Assembly: GCA_944325735.1 (NCBI GenBank)
Contig: CALVBI010000003.1
Location: forward strand, 85,051-149,050
DNA from: Candidatus Gastranaerophilales bacterium
Lineage (GTDB): Bacteria; Cyanobacteriota; Vampirovibrionia; Gastranaerophilales; Gastranaerophilaceae
Direction of reading: 5' to 3'
Length of the DNA stretch: 64,000 nt
Positions 10,880-21,567 of the stretch are shown here, piece by piece (the first letter of the stretch is position 1; each line of letters opens with the position of its first letter). Both the position numbers and the translations under genes were made by a program. The notes under the pieces were generated by a model. The model was not told the DNA's origin, did not search any database, and saw only the letters and a program-made list of their open reading frames with translations.

Positions 10880-11987
10880 GCTTATATAGATCTAATACAT
10901 TTCTAAGATTTTGTTCTATTGCATCTAAAGTCTTATATCTTTCAGTATCTTTAAATCTAGGTTTAGAACGCTTACTTGGAGGTAAAGCATTATACTTACC
11001 TAAATATAAAGTTTTTAAAGACTCAAATAAATTATCAGCTTTTTCTACATCTTCTTTTGAGAAAGTAATTTGAGAAGCTTTTGAAGCACCAAATTTATCA
11101 CGCAATTTAGCATCTTCATATAATCTTCTTGTCAAACCGTGATAAATTTTCTTGATACCTTTTACAATTTGTTTTGCACCATCATCATCTGTAATTTTAG
11201 CAGCTTCATATTTTCTAAAATTTTCAAACACTAAAGTGTGTTCTTTATTTTTTATTGCAGCATAATTAGGTCCAGGTAAAAATAGAAGTTCATATAAATG
11301 CCCATTTTTTTCAAAACGCATCTGAACATCTTCATAACCTGAAGGGACAGCATTATCACCAAATCTAACATCAACATCATCTACCATTTTAGGCAGCCCA
11401 TCTTTACCTAGGATAATATTGCCATTTTTATCTTCAGCGTAAGTCTTAGCAACTCTATAGCCTTTTTTCTCCATAGCTTTAACTACTTTTACATAGTTTT
11501 TATCAGCATCAGGCAAGAACATGGTTCCTCTAACACCATCTCTTATTACTCCTGAATAACCTCTTTCAGAATACTGTTCAGTACGTCTTGCTATTTTATC
11601 CAAGATAGAAGGTAATTCTTTTGTGGAACTTTTATTTACTTCTCTGAAAAAAGAAGCTTCTGGAATTGCCTGTGCAACTTCTTCTAAATCATTCATATAT
11701 TGAGCAGCTAATTGCTTATTTTGTTTTACCAAAAAATCACCTAAACGATTTTTTGTATCAACAACTGGAGCTTCTTCTTTTTTAGCAACAGTTTTAGCCG
11801 AACTAGTCTTTACAAAAGAATCAGTTTTTGGAGTTCTTTCAAGCGCTGGAGTAGTTGCAGCTTCAAGTTTTTTACGACCCCTTTTTGTTCCAATAGCCGC
11901 AACTTCATCCCCCAAAGTTTTTGATTTTGGTTTCATTGGAGGAACTTTCCCTAATCCGCTTAATACTTTTTGACTTAATTTAATCAT
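10869..11987 (-). CDS. RelA/SpoT-like nucleotidyltransferase (small alarmone synthetase-like)
   Basis: KELPSILDKIARR, IRDGVRG, SGYEDV, YELLF, EH motifs in synthetase order; GGAG RBS. Confidence 0.55.
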   Translation of the reverse strand: MIKLSQKVLSGLGKVPPMKPKSKTLGDEVAAIGTKRGRKKLEAATTPALERTPKTDSFVKTSSAKTVAKKEEAPVVDTKNRLGDFLVKQNKQLAAQYMNDLEEVAQAIPEASFFREVNKSSTKELPSILDKIARRTEQYSERGYSGVIRDGVRGTMFLPDADKNYVKVVKAMEKKGYRVAKTYAEDKNGNIILGKDGLPKMVDDVDVRFGDNAVPSGYEDVQMRFEKNGHLYELLFLPGPNYAAIKNKEHTLVFENFRKYEAAKITDDDGAKQIVKGIKKIYHGLTRRLYEDAKLRDKFGASKASQITFSKEDVEKADNLFESLKTLYLGKYNALPPSKRSKPRFKDTERYKTLDAIEQNLRNVLDLYKPIE

Positions 11988-12177
11988 TTAATAACTCCAA
12001 TATTGATATAAAAACTAATTATTAAAAATTATTGCCTTTTTCGGGATAAATTATTACAAAAAAGATACAAGAGCGATTATAAATTAGAAATTATTTTTTG
12101 TCAAAATATTTTGTTTGTATTAAAATTAAAGGGTATAGTTATTAAGTAATAGCGCATAAAATAAGGAGGTTTGTATT

Positions 12178-15100
12178 ATGCCAGGAAAGACTATAACAGT
12201 TGACGGCAACTACGCTGCAGCGCATATTGCGTATGCACTTAGTGAAGTGTCAGCTATCTACCCAATCACTCCTTCATCTACAATGGGTGAATGGATTGAT
12301 GAATGGGCGTCTCAACACAAAAAAAACATTTGGGGCGAAGAAGTAAGAGTTGCTGAAATGCAATCAGAAGCAGGTGCAGCAGGTGCTGTACACGGTTCAT
12401 TAGCTGCAGGTTCATTAACTTCTACTTATACAGCTTCTCAAGGTTTACTATTAATGATCCCTGTAATGCACAAAATGGCTGGAGAAATGTTACCACACGT
12501 TATCCACGTAGCAGCTCGTGCAATTGCAGCTCAATCATTAGCAATTTTCGGTGACCATTCAGACGTTATGGGATGTCGTAACACAGGTTATGCAATGTTA
12601 GCAGCTAACTCTGTTCAAGAAGAAATGGATTTAGCTTTAGTTGCTCACCTTGCTACATATAAATCTAAAGTTCCATTCTTACAATTCTTTGATGGCTTTA
12701 GAACATCTCATGAAGTTCATAAAATTGAAGAAATATCTTACGAAGATATCGCTAAATTAGTTGAACCAAAATACATAGAAGAATTCAGAAACAGAGCAAT
12801 GAGACCTGAAGCTCCTATATGTAAAGTTGGAGCACAAAATACTGACGTATATTTCCAAGGTCGTGAAACAGTTAATAAATACTATGATGCTGTACCTGAC
12901 ATTGTTCAAGAATATATGGACAAAGTTGCTAAAGTTACAGGCAGACAATATCATCCATTTGATTATGTTGGTGCTCCTGATGCTACTGATGTAATCGTTG
13001 CAATGGGGTCAGGCTGTGAAACTATCGAAGAAACAATTGAATACTTAAATGCTAAACGCGGAACAAAATATGGTTTAGTAAAAGTAAGATTATACAGACC
13101 ATTTGATGTAAAACGCTTCTTAGAAGCAGTACCATCAACTGCAAAACGTGTAACAGTTCTAGATAGAACAAAAGAACCTGGATCAATCGGTGAACCATTA
13201 TACTTAGATGTAGTTGCAGCATTAGCTGGAAAAGATATCAGAGTAATTGGTGGCCGTTATGGTCTATCTTCTAAAGAATTTACACCTTCTATGGTATTAG
13301 CTGTATACAAACATGCTGAAGCTAACGGTTTCCATGGATTTACAGTAGGTATCGAAGATGATGTAACTCACAAATCTTTAGAAGTTAAAGAACACATCGT
13401 TACAGAACCAGAAGGAACAACAAACTGTATGTTCTGGGGCTTAGGCTCAGATGGTACTGTAGGTGCTAACAAAAACTCTATTAAAATCATTGGTCAATAT
13501 ACAAACAAAGATGCTCAAGCATACTTTGCTTATGACTCTAAAAAATCATTTGGTGTAACTGTATCTCACTTAAGATTCGGTGACAAACCAATTAAATCTA
13601 CATACCTTATCACAGCTCCTGACTTTGTATCTTGCTCAGCTCATGCATACATCGGCAGATATGATTTATTAAAAGGTATTAAAGAAGGCGGTACATTCTT
13701 ACTAAACAGCCCTTGGTCAAAAGATGAAGCATTCTCTCACTTAACAAGAGATATGCAAAAAACTATCATCGATAAGAAAATCAAATTCTATAACGTAGAT
13801 GCAGAATCTCTTATCGAACAACAACCAGGATTGCGCGGTAAAGGTGCTAACACTGTAATGATGGTTGCATACTTCAAAGTTTCTGGAATTATTCCATTTG
13901 AACAAGCTCTTGAAGGTATGAGAGAAATGACTAAGAAAACCTTTAAGAAAAAAGGTGATGATGTTGTAAACATGAACTTAGCATTGATCGATGCAGCAGT
14001 AGATGCTTGTCAAGAAGTTACAATTCCAGCATCATTAAATGATGTATGTGCAGCAGAAGATGTTAAATTAATTCCAGATAACGCTTCTGAATTTGCTAAG
14101 AAAATCATTGAACCATCAATGAGACAAAAAGGCGATGATATTCCTGTATCAGCTATGTCAATCGACGGTGTTATCCCAACAGGTACAGCATGTTTAGAAA
14201 AACGTGGAATTGCTCCTCGTGTTCCTCATTGGAATTCAGAATTCTGTATTCAATGCGGAATCTGTGCATCAGCTTGTCCACACGCTGCAATCAGAACAAA
14301 ACTTATTGAAGCAGATGACTTGAAAAATGCACCAGAATCATTCAAAGCAGTAGATGCTAAACCAAATGATCACGGTGAAAAATTCAAAGTACAAGTATAC
14401 TGCAAAGATTGTACAGGTTGCGGTGTTTGCTTAGACCAATGTCCAATGGCTAAAAACCCAGAAAAAGCTGCTTTAACTTGGTCAACAATTGAAAAAGAAG
14501 AAGAAGCATGCGAATCAGTTAATGAAAAATTCTTTGATGAATTACCAGATAACGTAATGGGTAAAAACACTACAAAAACAATTAAAGGTGCAATGCTTAG
14601 AAAACCATTATTTGAATTCTCAGGCGCTTGTGCTGGTTGTGGTGAAACTCCATACGTTAAATTAGTATCTCAATTATTTGGTGAAAACGTAATCGTTGCA
14701 AACGCAACAGGTTGTTCATCAATCTATTCTGGTACATTCCCAACAATCCCTTACACAACAAACAAAGATGGTAGAGGACCAGCTTGGGCTAACTCATTAT
14801 TCGAAGATAACGCTGAATTCGGTTTTGGTATGAGATTAGCAGTTGACCAAAACAGAGCTACTTTAAAATCTTATGTAGAAAAAGTTGTTTCTAACGAAAA
14901 AACTCCTGCAGATTTGAAAGAAGCTTTAGAAAATGCAATGTCTCATTTTGAAAATTCAAAAACTGAAGAAGCTATTAAAGCACAAGACAAAGCAAAAGAA
15001 GTTCTTGCTAAATATGCAGACGTTGACTGCGCTGATTTAGCAAAAGTTAGAGAACTTCAAGATTACTTCACAGATAAATCAGTATGGATTATCGGTGGTG

Positions 15101-15714
15101 ACGGTTGGGCTAACGATATCGGATACGGCGGTATCGACCACGTTCTTGCTCAAAACAAAAACGTTAATATCCTTGTACTTGATACAGAAGTTTACTCTAA
15201 CACAGGTGGTCAAGCTTCTAAATCAACTCCTACAGGTGCTGTTGCTAAATTCGCTACAGGCGGTAAGAGAACATACAAGAAAAACATGGGCTTGATGAGC
15301 ATGTCTTATGGTTACGTATACGTAGCATCAGTTGCTTTAGGTGCTGATAGAGCTCAAACTCTTAAAGCATTCCAAGAAGCTGAAGCTTACGATGGACCAT
15401 CAATCATCTTCGCTTATGCTCCTTGTATCGCACACGGTATTGATATGAGCAAAACTCAAACAGAACAAAAACGTGCTGTAGAAGCAGGTTACTTCCCATT
15501 ATACAGATATAACCCTGCTAACCCAGAAGCACCATTCACTTGGGATGCTAAAGATCCTAAAGGAAGCTACCAAGAATTCATCAGATCTGAAGGACGTTAT
15601 AAGTCATTACTTAAAACAAATCCTGAAGCTGCTGAAGCTCTATATACTCAAGCAGAAGAAGATGCTGCTAAACGTATGGCAGTATACAAAGCTGTTGGAG
15701 AATTAATGAAGTAA
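12178..15714 (+). CDS. nifJ: Pyruvate:ferredoxin (flavodoxin) oxidoreductase
   Basis: YPITPSS, EMQSEAGAAG, GLGSDGTVGANK, two CxxCxxCxxxCP ferredoxin motifs, FSGACAGCGETPY, GGDGW...DTEVYSNTGGQ. Confidence 0.98.
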   Translation: MPGKTITVDGNYAAAHIAYALSEVSAIYPITPSSTMGEWIDEWASQHKKNIWGEEVRVAEMQSEAGAAGAVHGSLAAGSLTSTYTASQGLLLMIPVMHKMAGEMLPHVIHVAARAIAAQSLAIFGDHSDVMGCRNTGYAMLAANSVQEEMDLALVAHLATYKSKVPFLQFFDGFRTSHEVHKIEEISYEDIAKLVEPKYIEEFRNRAMRPEAPICKVGAQNTDVYFQGRETVNKYYDAVPDIVQEYMDKVAKVTGRQYHPFDYVGAPDATDVIVAMGSGCETIEETIEYLNAKRGTKYGLVKVRLYRPFDVKRFLEAVPSTAKRVTVLDRTKEPGSIGEPLYLDVVAALAGKDIRVIGGRYGLSSKEFTPSMVLAVYKHAEANGFHGFTVGIEDDVTHKSLEVKEHIVTEPEGTTNCMFWGLGSDGTVGANKNSIKIIGQYTNKDAQAYFAYDSKKSFGVTVSHLRFGDKPIKSTYLITAPDFVSCSAHAYIGRYDLLKGIKEGGTFLLNSPWSKDEAFSHLTRDMQKTIIDKKIKFYNVDAESLIEQQPGLRGKGANTVMMVAYFKVSGIIPFEQALEGMREMTKKTFKKKGDDVVNMNLALIDAAVDACQEVTIPASLNDVCAAEDVKLIPDNASEFAKKIIEPSMRQKGDDIPVSAMSIDGVIPTGTACLEKRGIAPRVPHWNSEFCIQCGICASACPHAAIRTKLIEADDLKNAPESFKAVDAKPNDHGEKFKVQVYCKDCTGCGVCLDQCPMAKNPEKAALTWSTIEKEEEACESVNEKFFDELPDNVMGKNTTKTIKGAMLRKPLFEFSGACAGCGETPYVKLVSQLFGENVIVANATGCSSIYSGTFPTIPYTTNKDGRGPAWANSLFEDNAEFGFGMRLAVDQNRATLKSYVEKVVSNEKTPADLKEALENAMSHFENSKTEEAIKAQDKAKEVLAKYADVDCADLAKVRELQDYFTDKSVWIIGGDGWANDIGYGGIDHVLAQNKNVNILVLDTEVYSNTGGQASKSTPTGAVAKFATGGKRTYKKNMGLMSMSYGYVYVASVALGADRAQTLKAFQEAEAYDGPSIIFAYAPCIAHGIDMSKTQTEQKRAVEAGYFPLYRYNPANPEAPFTWDAKDPKGSYQEFIRSEGRYKSLLKTNPEAAEALYTQAEEDAAKRMAVYKAVGELMK

Positions 15715-15732
15715 TTTTTACAACTTCAAATT

Positions 15733-15763
15733 AAAAGAGGTATCAATTGATACCTCTTTTTTT
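15733..15763. terminator. Bidirectional intrinsic terminator (28-bp perfect palindrome)
   Basis: aaaagaggtatcaa/ttgatacctctttt between convergent genes. Confidence 0.85.
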
Positions 15764-16325
15764 ATGACAATTTTTTTTGATATTTTTTAATTATATTCAA
15801 AATATCAGAAGCATACCTATTAAATATTTTATTTACACTTTCTTGCTCTGAATCCCTTATAGGAGATTTATCAGCCCTATGTTCTCCATATGAAAAAATA
15901 TCACCTTTTTTTACTAACGGAGAATCATCACCGATCACAATATCAAATTTAGTTGTTTTAGGGGAATCAAAATACTCAAAATGACATAAATCAATTTTAG
16001 GAGTATCAGATGACTTAAATTTTCTCGGTCTGACTGTTAAAATTTTAGCTTCGTCAAAACTAATTTTTGCTTCTGGAATAGGCTCTGCAATATTTTTAAC
16101 CTGTAAGCTACCGCTTTTTGTTGCGAGATCTTTTTGCTGACGAATAAACATCTCTTTAGTTCCGGCAAAAAATTCACTTAACTTTTCCAATAGAGGAATA
16201 TGCTTTTCTTCAATCGGCTTTACATAACGCGGAATTACACTTTTACCTCTAAACACCGGCATAATAATATTATATTGATTGTAAGATTGATTATTAGCAG
16301 AAAAAGTTGATATTTGATTAATCAT
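15762..16325 (-). CDS. Hypothetical protein with N-terminal ...PVFRG motif
   Basis: 187-aa ORF, AAGGAG RBS. Confidence 0.65.
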   Translation of the reverse strand: MINQISTFSANNQSYNQYNIIMPVFRGKSVIPRYVKPIEEKHIPLLEKLSEFFAGTKEMFIRQQKDLATKSGSLQVKNIAEPIPEAKISFDEAKILTVRPRKFKSSDTPKIDLCHFEYFDSPKTTKFDIVIGDDSPLVKKGDIFSYGEHRADKSPIRDSEQESVNKIFNRYASDILNIIKKYQKKLS

Positions 16326-16375
16326 ATAAACTCCTTTTAAGTATAGAAAAACCGTAAAAAAAATTTTTGCTATAT

Positions 16376-16406
16376 AAAAAGCAGGTTATGTTAAAATAAC
16401 CTGCTT
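16376..16406 (-). terminator. Intrinsic terminator
   Basis: aagcaggttat-gttaaa-ataacctgctt with U-run on the minus strand. Confidence 0.75.
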
Positions 16407-16428
16407 CCTAATTATATAATTAATTTGA

Positions 16429-17331
16429 TTAGTCATTTACATCTGAAAGTTCAGAATGAATATCATCAATTTTTTCAATAACCTCACCAGGTAAATCTGT
16501 CAAAGGTTGTTTTACCAATGCTAAATCTTCACGATTTTGAGCATCAGTTTTTAAGAAATCATTTTCCATTGCAAGTTCTCTTTGACGAGCTTTTGCAAGA
16601 TCTAATTGTTTTTCTTTTAATTCATTATAATTCTTAGCAAATTCTCTATTTACAGCGGAGCCATGACTGATTGAATGGAATACTCCACCTAATAGTAATA
16701 TTTGAGGAGCCCAAGAAAGGACAGATGCTCCAATATTTTTTAAAGGTTCAGGAGTTTTTGCCGATAAGTTTTTAACTCCATTTTTCACACTTGTAATTTG
16801 CTTATTTTTATTTAAGAATTTAGCAACTTTTTCTGTTGCACTTTGCATAAATTTAGGAGCCTTAACAGATCCTAATTTAATTGCCCCTTTATTAACTAAA
16901 GCAATAGCACCTAAACCTGCAGCAAATAAAGTTGCTAAAGATAATAGAGGGTGATCTTTATCAAATTTACGAACTTCAGGAGATGCTTTTGACAATTCAT
17001 TTTTAGCCATTCCAACTAAACCAACTGCACCCAGAGAAGCTGCCCATAAACCACCAACTTTTAAGCCGTTAGCTAATTTAGCAGCCAATCCTGAAACTTC
17101 TTTAGAAAATATCTTTGTATTACCTTTTGTAAAAGCTGCTGTCGCAAGACCTGCTGCAACAGGAGCTGCCATTATTAAACCGTTTGTAATACGTCTATGT
17201 TTTTTCTCATCTGCATGAGACATTGTTTTCATATAAGCAATGCGTTGAACTGAAGCATCGTCTAAGCTAATAAGTTCATCAATTCTATCACGTCTGCCTT
17301 GAAAATTAGGACTTACTGAAGAAATTTGCAT
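16429..17331 (-). CDS. Hypothetical Gly/Ala-rich membrane protein with N-terminal MQISSVSPNFQG motif
   Basis: About four hydrophobic segments and a coiled C-terminus; AGGTG RBS; biased codon usage. Confidence 0.75.
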   Translation of the reverse strand: MQISSVSPNFQGRRDRIDELISLDDASVQRIAYMKTMSHADEKKHRRITNGLIMAAPVAAGLATAAFTKGNTKIFSKEVSGLAAKLANGLKVGGLWAASLGAVGLVGMAKNELSKASPEVRKFDKDHPLLSLATLFAAGLGAIALVNKGAIKLGSVKAPKFMQSATEKVAKFLNKNKQITSVKNGVKNLSAKTPEPLKNIGASVLSWAPQILLLGGVFHSISHGSAVNREFAKNYNELKEKQLDLAKARQRELAMENDFLKTDAQNREDLALVKQPLTDLPGEVIEKIDDIHSELSDVND

Positions 17332-17457
17332 ACACACACCTACACTTTCACAAATTAATTATACTTTATTAAAACCTAAAAGTAAATTTTTTTGCTAGAA
17401 ATTAAATCTATTGTTAAAAATATTTACACAACAATATATTTTTAATATTATAATTAT

Positions 17458-18747
17458 ATGAAAAATTTTTACATTCACACTATGGGCTGTAAATCTAACC
17501 AATTTGAAAGCTCAATTATAGCCGAAAATCTAGAAAAAAATAATATTAAGCAAACAAAAAATATTGAAGAAGCTACATATTATATATTAAATTCCTGCTC
17601 TGTTACACATAAGAGTGATAATGAAGCAATGTATCTGCTTAGAGCAGCAAAACATAAAAATCCTCAAATTATAACCATAATTACAGGTTGTGTAGCTCAA
17701 ATAGAAAAAAAGAAATTATTAGAAAATGATTTTATTGATTATGTAGTTGGGAATAATGAAAAACTAGACTTATATAATATTATAAAAGAATCAGAAAACA
17801 CTCATTTTGCTGTCAAAGATATTATGCAACTTGATAAATTTAACAAAGTTGAATTAATAGATACAACAAAAACTCGAGCAAGCTTAAAAATTCAAGATGG
17901 CTGCGACAACAGATGTTCTTATTGCATAATACCTTTTGCCAGAGGGAAAAGCAGAAGTGCGGATATTGATTTTATAATTGAACAAATCAATAATTTTTCA
18001 AACCATGGCTTTAAAGAAGTTGTATTAACAGGTATTCATATCGGACTTTGGGGCAAAGATATTGGTATGACTTTCTTAGACCTTGTAAAAGCAATCGAAG
18101 AAAAAACTACAATCGAAAGATATCGACTAGGCTCACTTAATCCCCATGAAATTACAGATGATTTATTAGATTTCCTATCTAAGTCAAACAAATTCTGTCC
18201 ACATTTTCATTTGTCATTACAATCTGCATGTAACAAAACTTTGAAATCAATGAATAGGTTCTACAAAGTAGAAGATTATTTAAAACAAATTGAAAAAATA
18301 AATTCCATGTTTGACCTACCTTTTTTAGGAAGTGATATTATTACAGGTTTTGCAGGTGAAACAGAAGAAGATTTTTATACAACTGTTGATAACTTAAGAA
18401 AATCAGGACTTTCTCAAATTCATGTATTTCCATACTCAATAAGAGAAGGTACTGTCGGAGCAAAAGCAGAAAATCAAGTAGATGAAAATATCAGGCAAAT
18501 TAGAGCTGATGTTGTAAAAGCTCTTTCTGCTCTAAAACATATAGAATTCATTAAAAAGAATGTAGGAAAAATACATGAAGTATTAATTGAAAAACACCCT
18601 GATAAACGAACAGGAATGCTGAAAGGTGTTACAAGAAACTATTTAACTGTTCTAATAAATTCAAAAGATAATCATTTATTAAATTCTCTACAGCAAGTAA
18701 AAATAACAAAATTTGAAAACGGAAAAATATACGGAGAATTATTATAA
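17458..18747 (+). CDS. mtaB: tRNA t6A37 methylthiotransferase MtaB
   Basis: TMGCKSNQFES, NSCSVT, TGC (UPF0004 domain); radical SAM QDGCDNRCSYCIIP. Confidence 0.92.
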   Translation: MKNFYIHTMGCKSNQFESSIIAENLEKNNIKQTKNIEEATYYILNSCSVTHKSDNEAMYLLRAAKHKNPQIITIITGCVAQIEKKKLLENDFIDYVVGNNEKLDLYNIIKESENTHFAVKDIMQLDKFNKVELIDTTKTRASLKIQDGCDNRCSYCIIPFARGKSRSADIDFIIEQINNFSNHGFKEVVLTGIHIGLWGKDIGMTFLDLVKAIEEKTTIERYRLGSLNPHEITDDLLDFLSKSNKFCPHFHLSLQSACNKTLKSMNRFYKVEDYLKQIEKINSMFDLPFLGSDIITGFAGETEEDFYTTVDNLRKSGLSQIHVFPYSIREGTVGAKAENQVDENIRQIRADVVKALSALKHIEFIKKNVGKIHEVLIEKHPDKRTGMLKGVTRNYLTVLINSKDNHLLNSLQQVKITKFENGKIYGELL

Positions 18748-18754
18748 ACTACAA

Positions 18755-18780
18755 AAAAAGAACCCTTTCGGGTTCTTTTT
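18755..18780. terminator. Bidirectional intrinsic terminator
   Basis: aaaaagaaccc-tttc-gggttcttttt. Confidence 0.85.
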
Positions 18781-19510
18781 AATTTCTTGAATTTAATTTA
18801 GCTAAAAGCCTTAATATTTCAGTATAGAGCCAAACAAGAGTAATCATCAGCCCCATAGCTCCATACCATTCATAATCTTTACTCAACATATTTTGAGAAG
18901 CACTTTCTATAAAGAAAAAGTCTTGAATTAAAGCCATTGCAGCAATGACTATAACCAAAAGGCTGAAACCAATACCAACAATACCTGCTTCCCATATTAA
19001 AGGAATACCACGTCCAAAGAATGATGCAATAAATTGAATCAAATAAATTGCTAATATTGATAATATAGATGTTTTTAATACAGCTGCAAATTTATCAGTA
19101 TACTGAATCATTCTAGCTTTATAAAGCATTAACATAACAAATAATACTGCAAAAGTAGATAAAATCGCTGTTAATACAATACCATGCCATTGAACTTCAA
19201 ACAATGCAGAGAATGCTCCAAGTACAAGCCCTTCCATTAATGCATAAGGTGCTGCTGTATATTTAGCAATTTTAATATTAAAACAAGTCACCAAAACTAA
19301 AATACAACCTAAAAAACCACCAAGAAACATCAATCCATAAGCTAATCCTGGATTAGTAAATAAAGAATAGACACTAATAGCAGAACCTGCAACTAAACAA
19401 GCAAAAAGCATAAAAATTTTACTTACGGTACCTTGAATAGTCATAGGTTCACCATCTAAAATTCTTTCTCTTGAGGAAAATCTATCCTCGTTTAATATTG
19501 GATTTGACAT
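18779..19510 (-). CDS. Bax inhibitor-1/YccA family membrane protein
   Basis: MSNPIL start, MTIQGT, YALMEG, EWYGAMGLMITLVWLYTEILRLL. Confidence 0.88.
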   Translation of the reverse strand: MSNPILNEDRFSSRERILDGEPMTIQGTVSKIFMLFACLVAGSAISVYSLFTNPGLAYGLMFLGGFLGCILVLVTCFNIKIAKYTAAPYALMEGLVLGAFSALFEVQWHGIVLTAILSTFAVLFVMLMLYKARMIQYTDKFAAVLKTSILSILAIYLIQFIASFFGRGIPLIWEAGIVGIGFSLLVIVIAAMALIQDFFFIESASQNMLSKDYEWYGAMGLMITLVWLYTEILRLLAKLNSRN

Positions 19511-19589
19511 AATTAACTCCTTCCTTTACCATGATTATATAGTATATTACAAAAATTTACCATATCTTAATAATAAAATAAGGTTTATC

Positions 19590-21374
19590 ATGCTTTTAGA
19601 AAACTTTTATAAATTTATAAAATATTATGGAAAAGGGAAATACCTAAATTTATTCAACTTTACAATCCTATCAATTATCGCAGGTTTCTTAGAACTAGCA
19701 GGTATTGCTTTAATTTACCCCTGCATTATGTTAATTTTAACCCCTGAAACATTCTCAAATTATACCAAATATATCAATTTTGATAATAATATTAAAACAG
19801 GTATAATAATTGGATTTGCAGTATTATTAATATTTATCTTAAAAAATATTTTTATGATTTTTATACAATATGTCCAAAATACATTTGTAAGTAATTGGAA
19901 AAAAGATATAACATCAAAATTTATGCAATATTATATCTATGCTCCATACAAAGACATAATACAAACATCCCACACAGATAAATTATATAATATAGAGACT
20001 ACTTGTAATATTGCAGTAGACGGATTTATTATGAGAGGCTTAACCCTACTTACAAATATAATTATAATCTCAATGATAACAGGATTGCTTTTCATAAAAT
20101 ACCCAATACCCGCAATTTCAACACTAATATTTATTATAATAACAATGCATATACAAAATAAATATTTCAAAAAAAGAACTGCAATACTCGCAAATAATAT
20201 TTCTGAAAAATATAGAGATTATAAATCATCTATTATGGAAAATATTTTAAACATAAAAGAATTGAAAATATTATCATCAGAGCAAAATTTTTATAATAAA
20301 TATCTTAATTCGGAAGCAGAATTTAGACACATACAAGCTCTTCAAAATTTTTATAATGCTATCCCTCCATACATAATAGAAATGTTAATTGTTTTTGCAC
20401 TTTTAATTTTGACATTAATTCTAGCAATACAAAAACAAAATGATAATTCTTCACTCATTGCATCTTTAGCGATAATTATTGCATCTCTATTTAGAATAGC
20501 CCCAGCACTAAACAGAATTCAAACTTCTATAATAAATATTAATTCTACTAGAGAATTTGTAAAAAAACTTAATTCTGAATATGAACAATATAATTTATCT
20601 GATTTTAAATATTACGATTCACCTATAAATGAAAAAATGCAATTCAATAAAAAAATATCCCTAAAAAATATAAACTTTTCATATAACAATTCAAAACAAA
20701 TTATTAAAAACATCTCATTTGACATTAATAAAGGGGATTTTATAGGAATTATAGGATTATCTGGAGCAGGAAAAAGTACTCTTGCGGATATAATAACAGG
20801 ACTTTTACCTGCAGATTCCGGAGAAATAATTGTTGATGATATCAAATTAACACATGAAAATTTTTCAAAATTTCGTCACATAATAGGCTACGTACCACAA
20901 CAAATCAATATTTTAGATAAATCCTTCAAAGAAAATGTAGCATGGGGATGCGAAAAAATAGATGAACAAGGTGTAATAAAAGCTCTAAAGGCAGCTCAAA
21001 TTTATGATTTAATAAAAGAATACCCAAATGGAATAAATGAAAATATCATAATTGGATCAAACGGATTATCACAAGGGCAAAAACAAAGGCTTGCAATTGC
21101 AAGAGCCTTATATAGAGATCCAGAAATAATAATTTTGGATGAAGCCACATCAGCATTAGATGTTCAAGTAGAAAATGAAATAACAGAAATGCTCACGCAT
21201 ATTAGTAAATCAAAAACAATAATTGCAATAGCACATAGACTATCCACCTTAAAAGCATGCAATAAACTAATTTACATGAAAGATGGTCAATTAATCGACA
21301 TAGGAACATTCGAAGAACTAAGCTCTCGTTATGCAGATTTCGCACATCTTGTAGAACTCTCTTCAATAAAATAA
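19590..21374 (+). CDS. ABC exporter, fused permease/ATPase
   Basis: TM domain, GLSGAGKST, LSQGQKQRLAIARAL, LDEATSALD, IAHRLST. Confidence 0.92.
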   Translation: MLLENFYKFIKYYGKGKYLNLFNFTILSIIAGFLELAGIALIYPCIMLILTPETFSNYTKYINFDNNIKTGIIIGFAVLLIFILKNIFMIFIQYVQNTFVSNWKKDITSKFMQYYIYAPYKDIIQTSHTDKLYNIETTCNIAVDGFIMRGLTLLTNIIIISMITGLLFIKYPIPAISTLIFIIITMHIQNKYFKKRTAILANNISEKYRDYKSSIMENILNIKELKILSSEQNFYNKYLNSEAEFRHIQALQNFYNAIPPYIIEMLIVFALLILTLILAIQKQNDNSSLIASLAIIIASLFRIAPALNRIQTSIININSTREFVKKLNSEYEQYNLSDFKYYDSPINEKMQFNKKISLKNINFSYNNSKQIIKNISFDINKGDFIGIIGLSGAGKSTLADIITGLLPADSGEIIVDDIKLTHENFSKFRHIIGYVPQQINILDKSFKENVAWGCEKIDEQGVIKALKAAQIYDLIKEYPNGINENIIIGSNGLSQGQKQRLAIARALYRDPEIIILDEATSALDVQVENEITEMLTHISKSKTIIAIAHRLSTLKACNKLIYMKDGQLIDIGTFEELSSRYADFAHLVELSSIK

Positions 21375-21392
21375 AAAAATTAAAAAAAGTAC

Positions 21393-21421
21393 TTTACAAT
21401 AAAAATGTTTTGTACTATAAT
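21393..21421 (+). promoter_or_regulatory. Sigma70 promoter of tRNA-Asn/tRNA-Gln
   Basis: TTTACA-17-TATAAT. Confidence 0.8.
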
Positions 21422-21465
21422 AATATCATAAGCCCCAACGAAATAAAGTTGCGGAAAATAATTAT

Positions 21466-21537
21466 TCCTCAGTAGCTCAATGGCGGAGCAACCGGCTGTT
21501 AACCGGTAGGTTGTTGGTTCGAGTCCAACCTGGGGAG
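21466..21537 (+). tRNA. tRNA-Asn(GTT)
   Basis: TCCTCAG/CTGGGGA stem, accgg-ctGTTaa-ccggt; CCA not encoded. Confidence 0.96.
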
Positions 21538-21567
21538 TTTTTTTATTATAAGGATTTTTTAACTTAT

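Noticed and set aside
12178-15714. Distinct composition of nifJ as a sign of horizontal transfer
   Set aside because: The pattern (TTC, AAC, GGT, CGT preference) matches high-expression codon bias, also seen in rplS.
15733-15760. 28-bp perfect palindrome as a mobile-element or recombination site
   Set aside because: Position between convergent genes and flanking A/T runs are fully explained by a bidirectional terminator.
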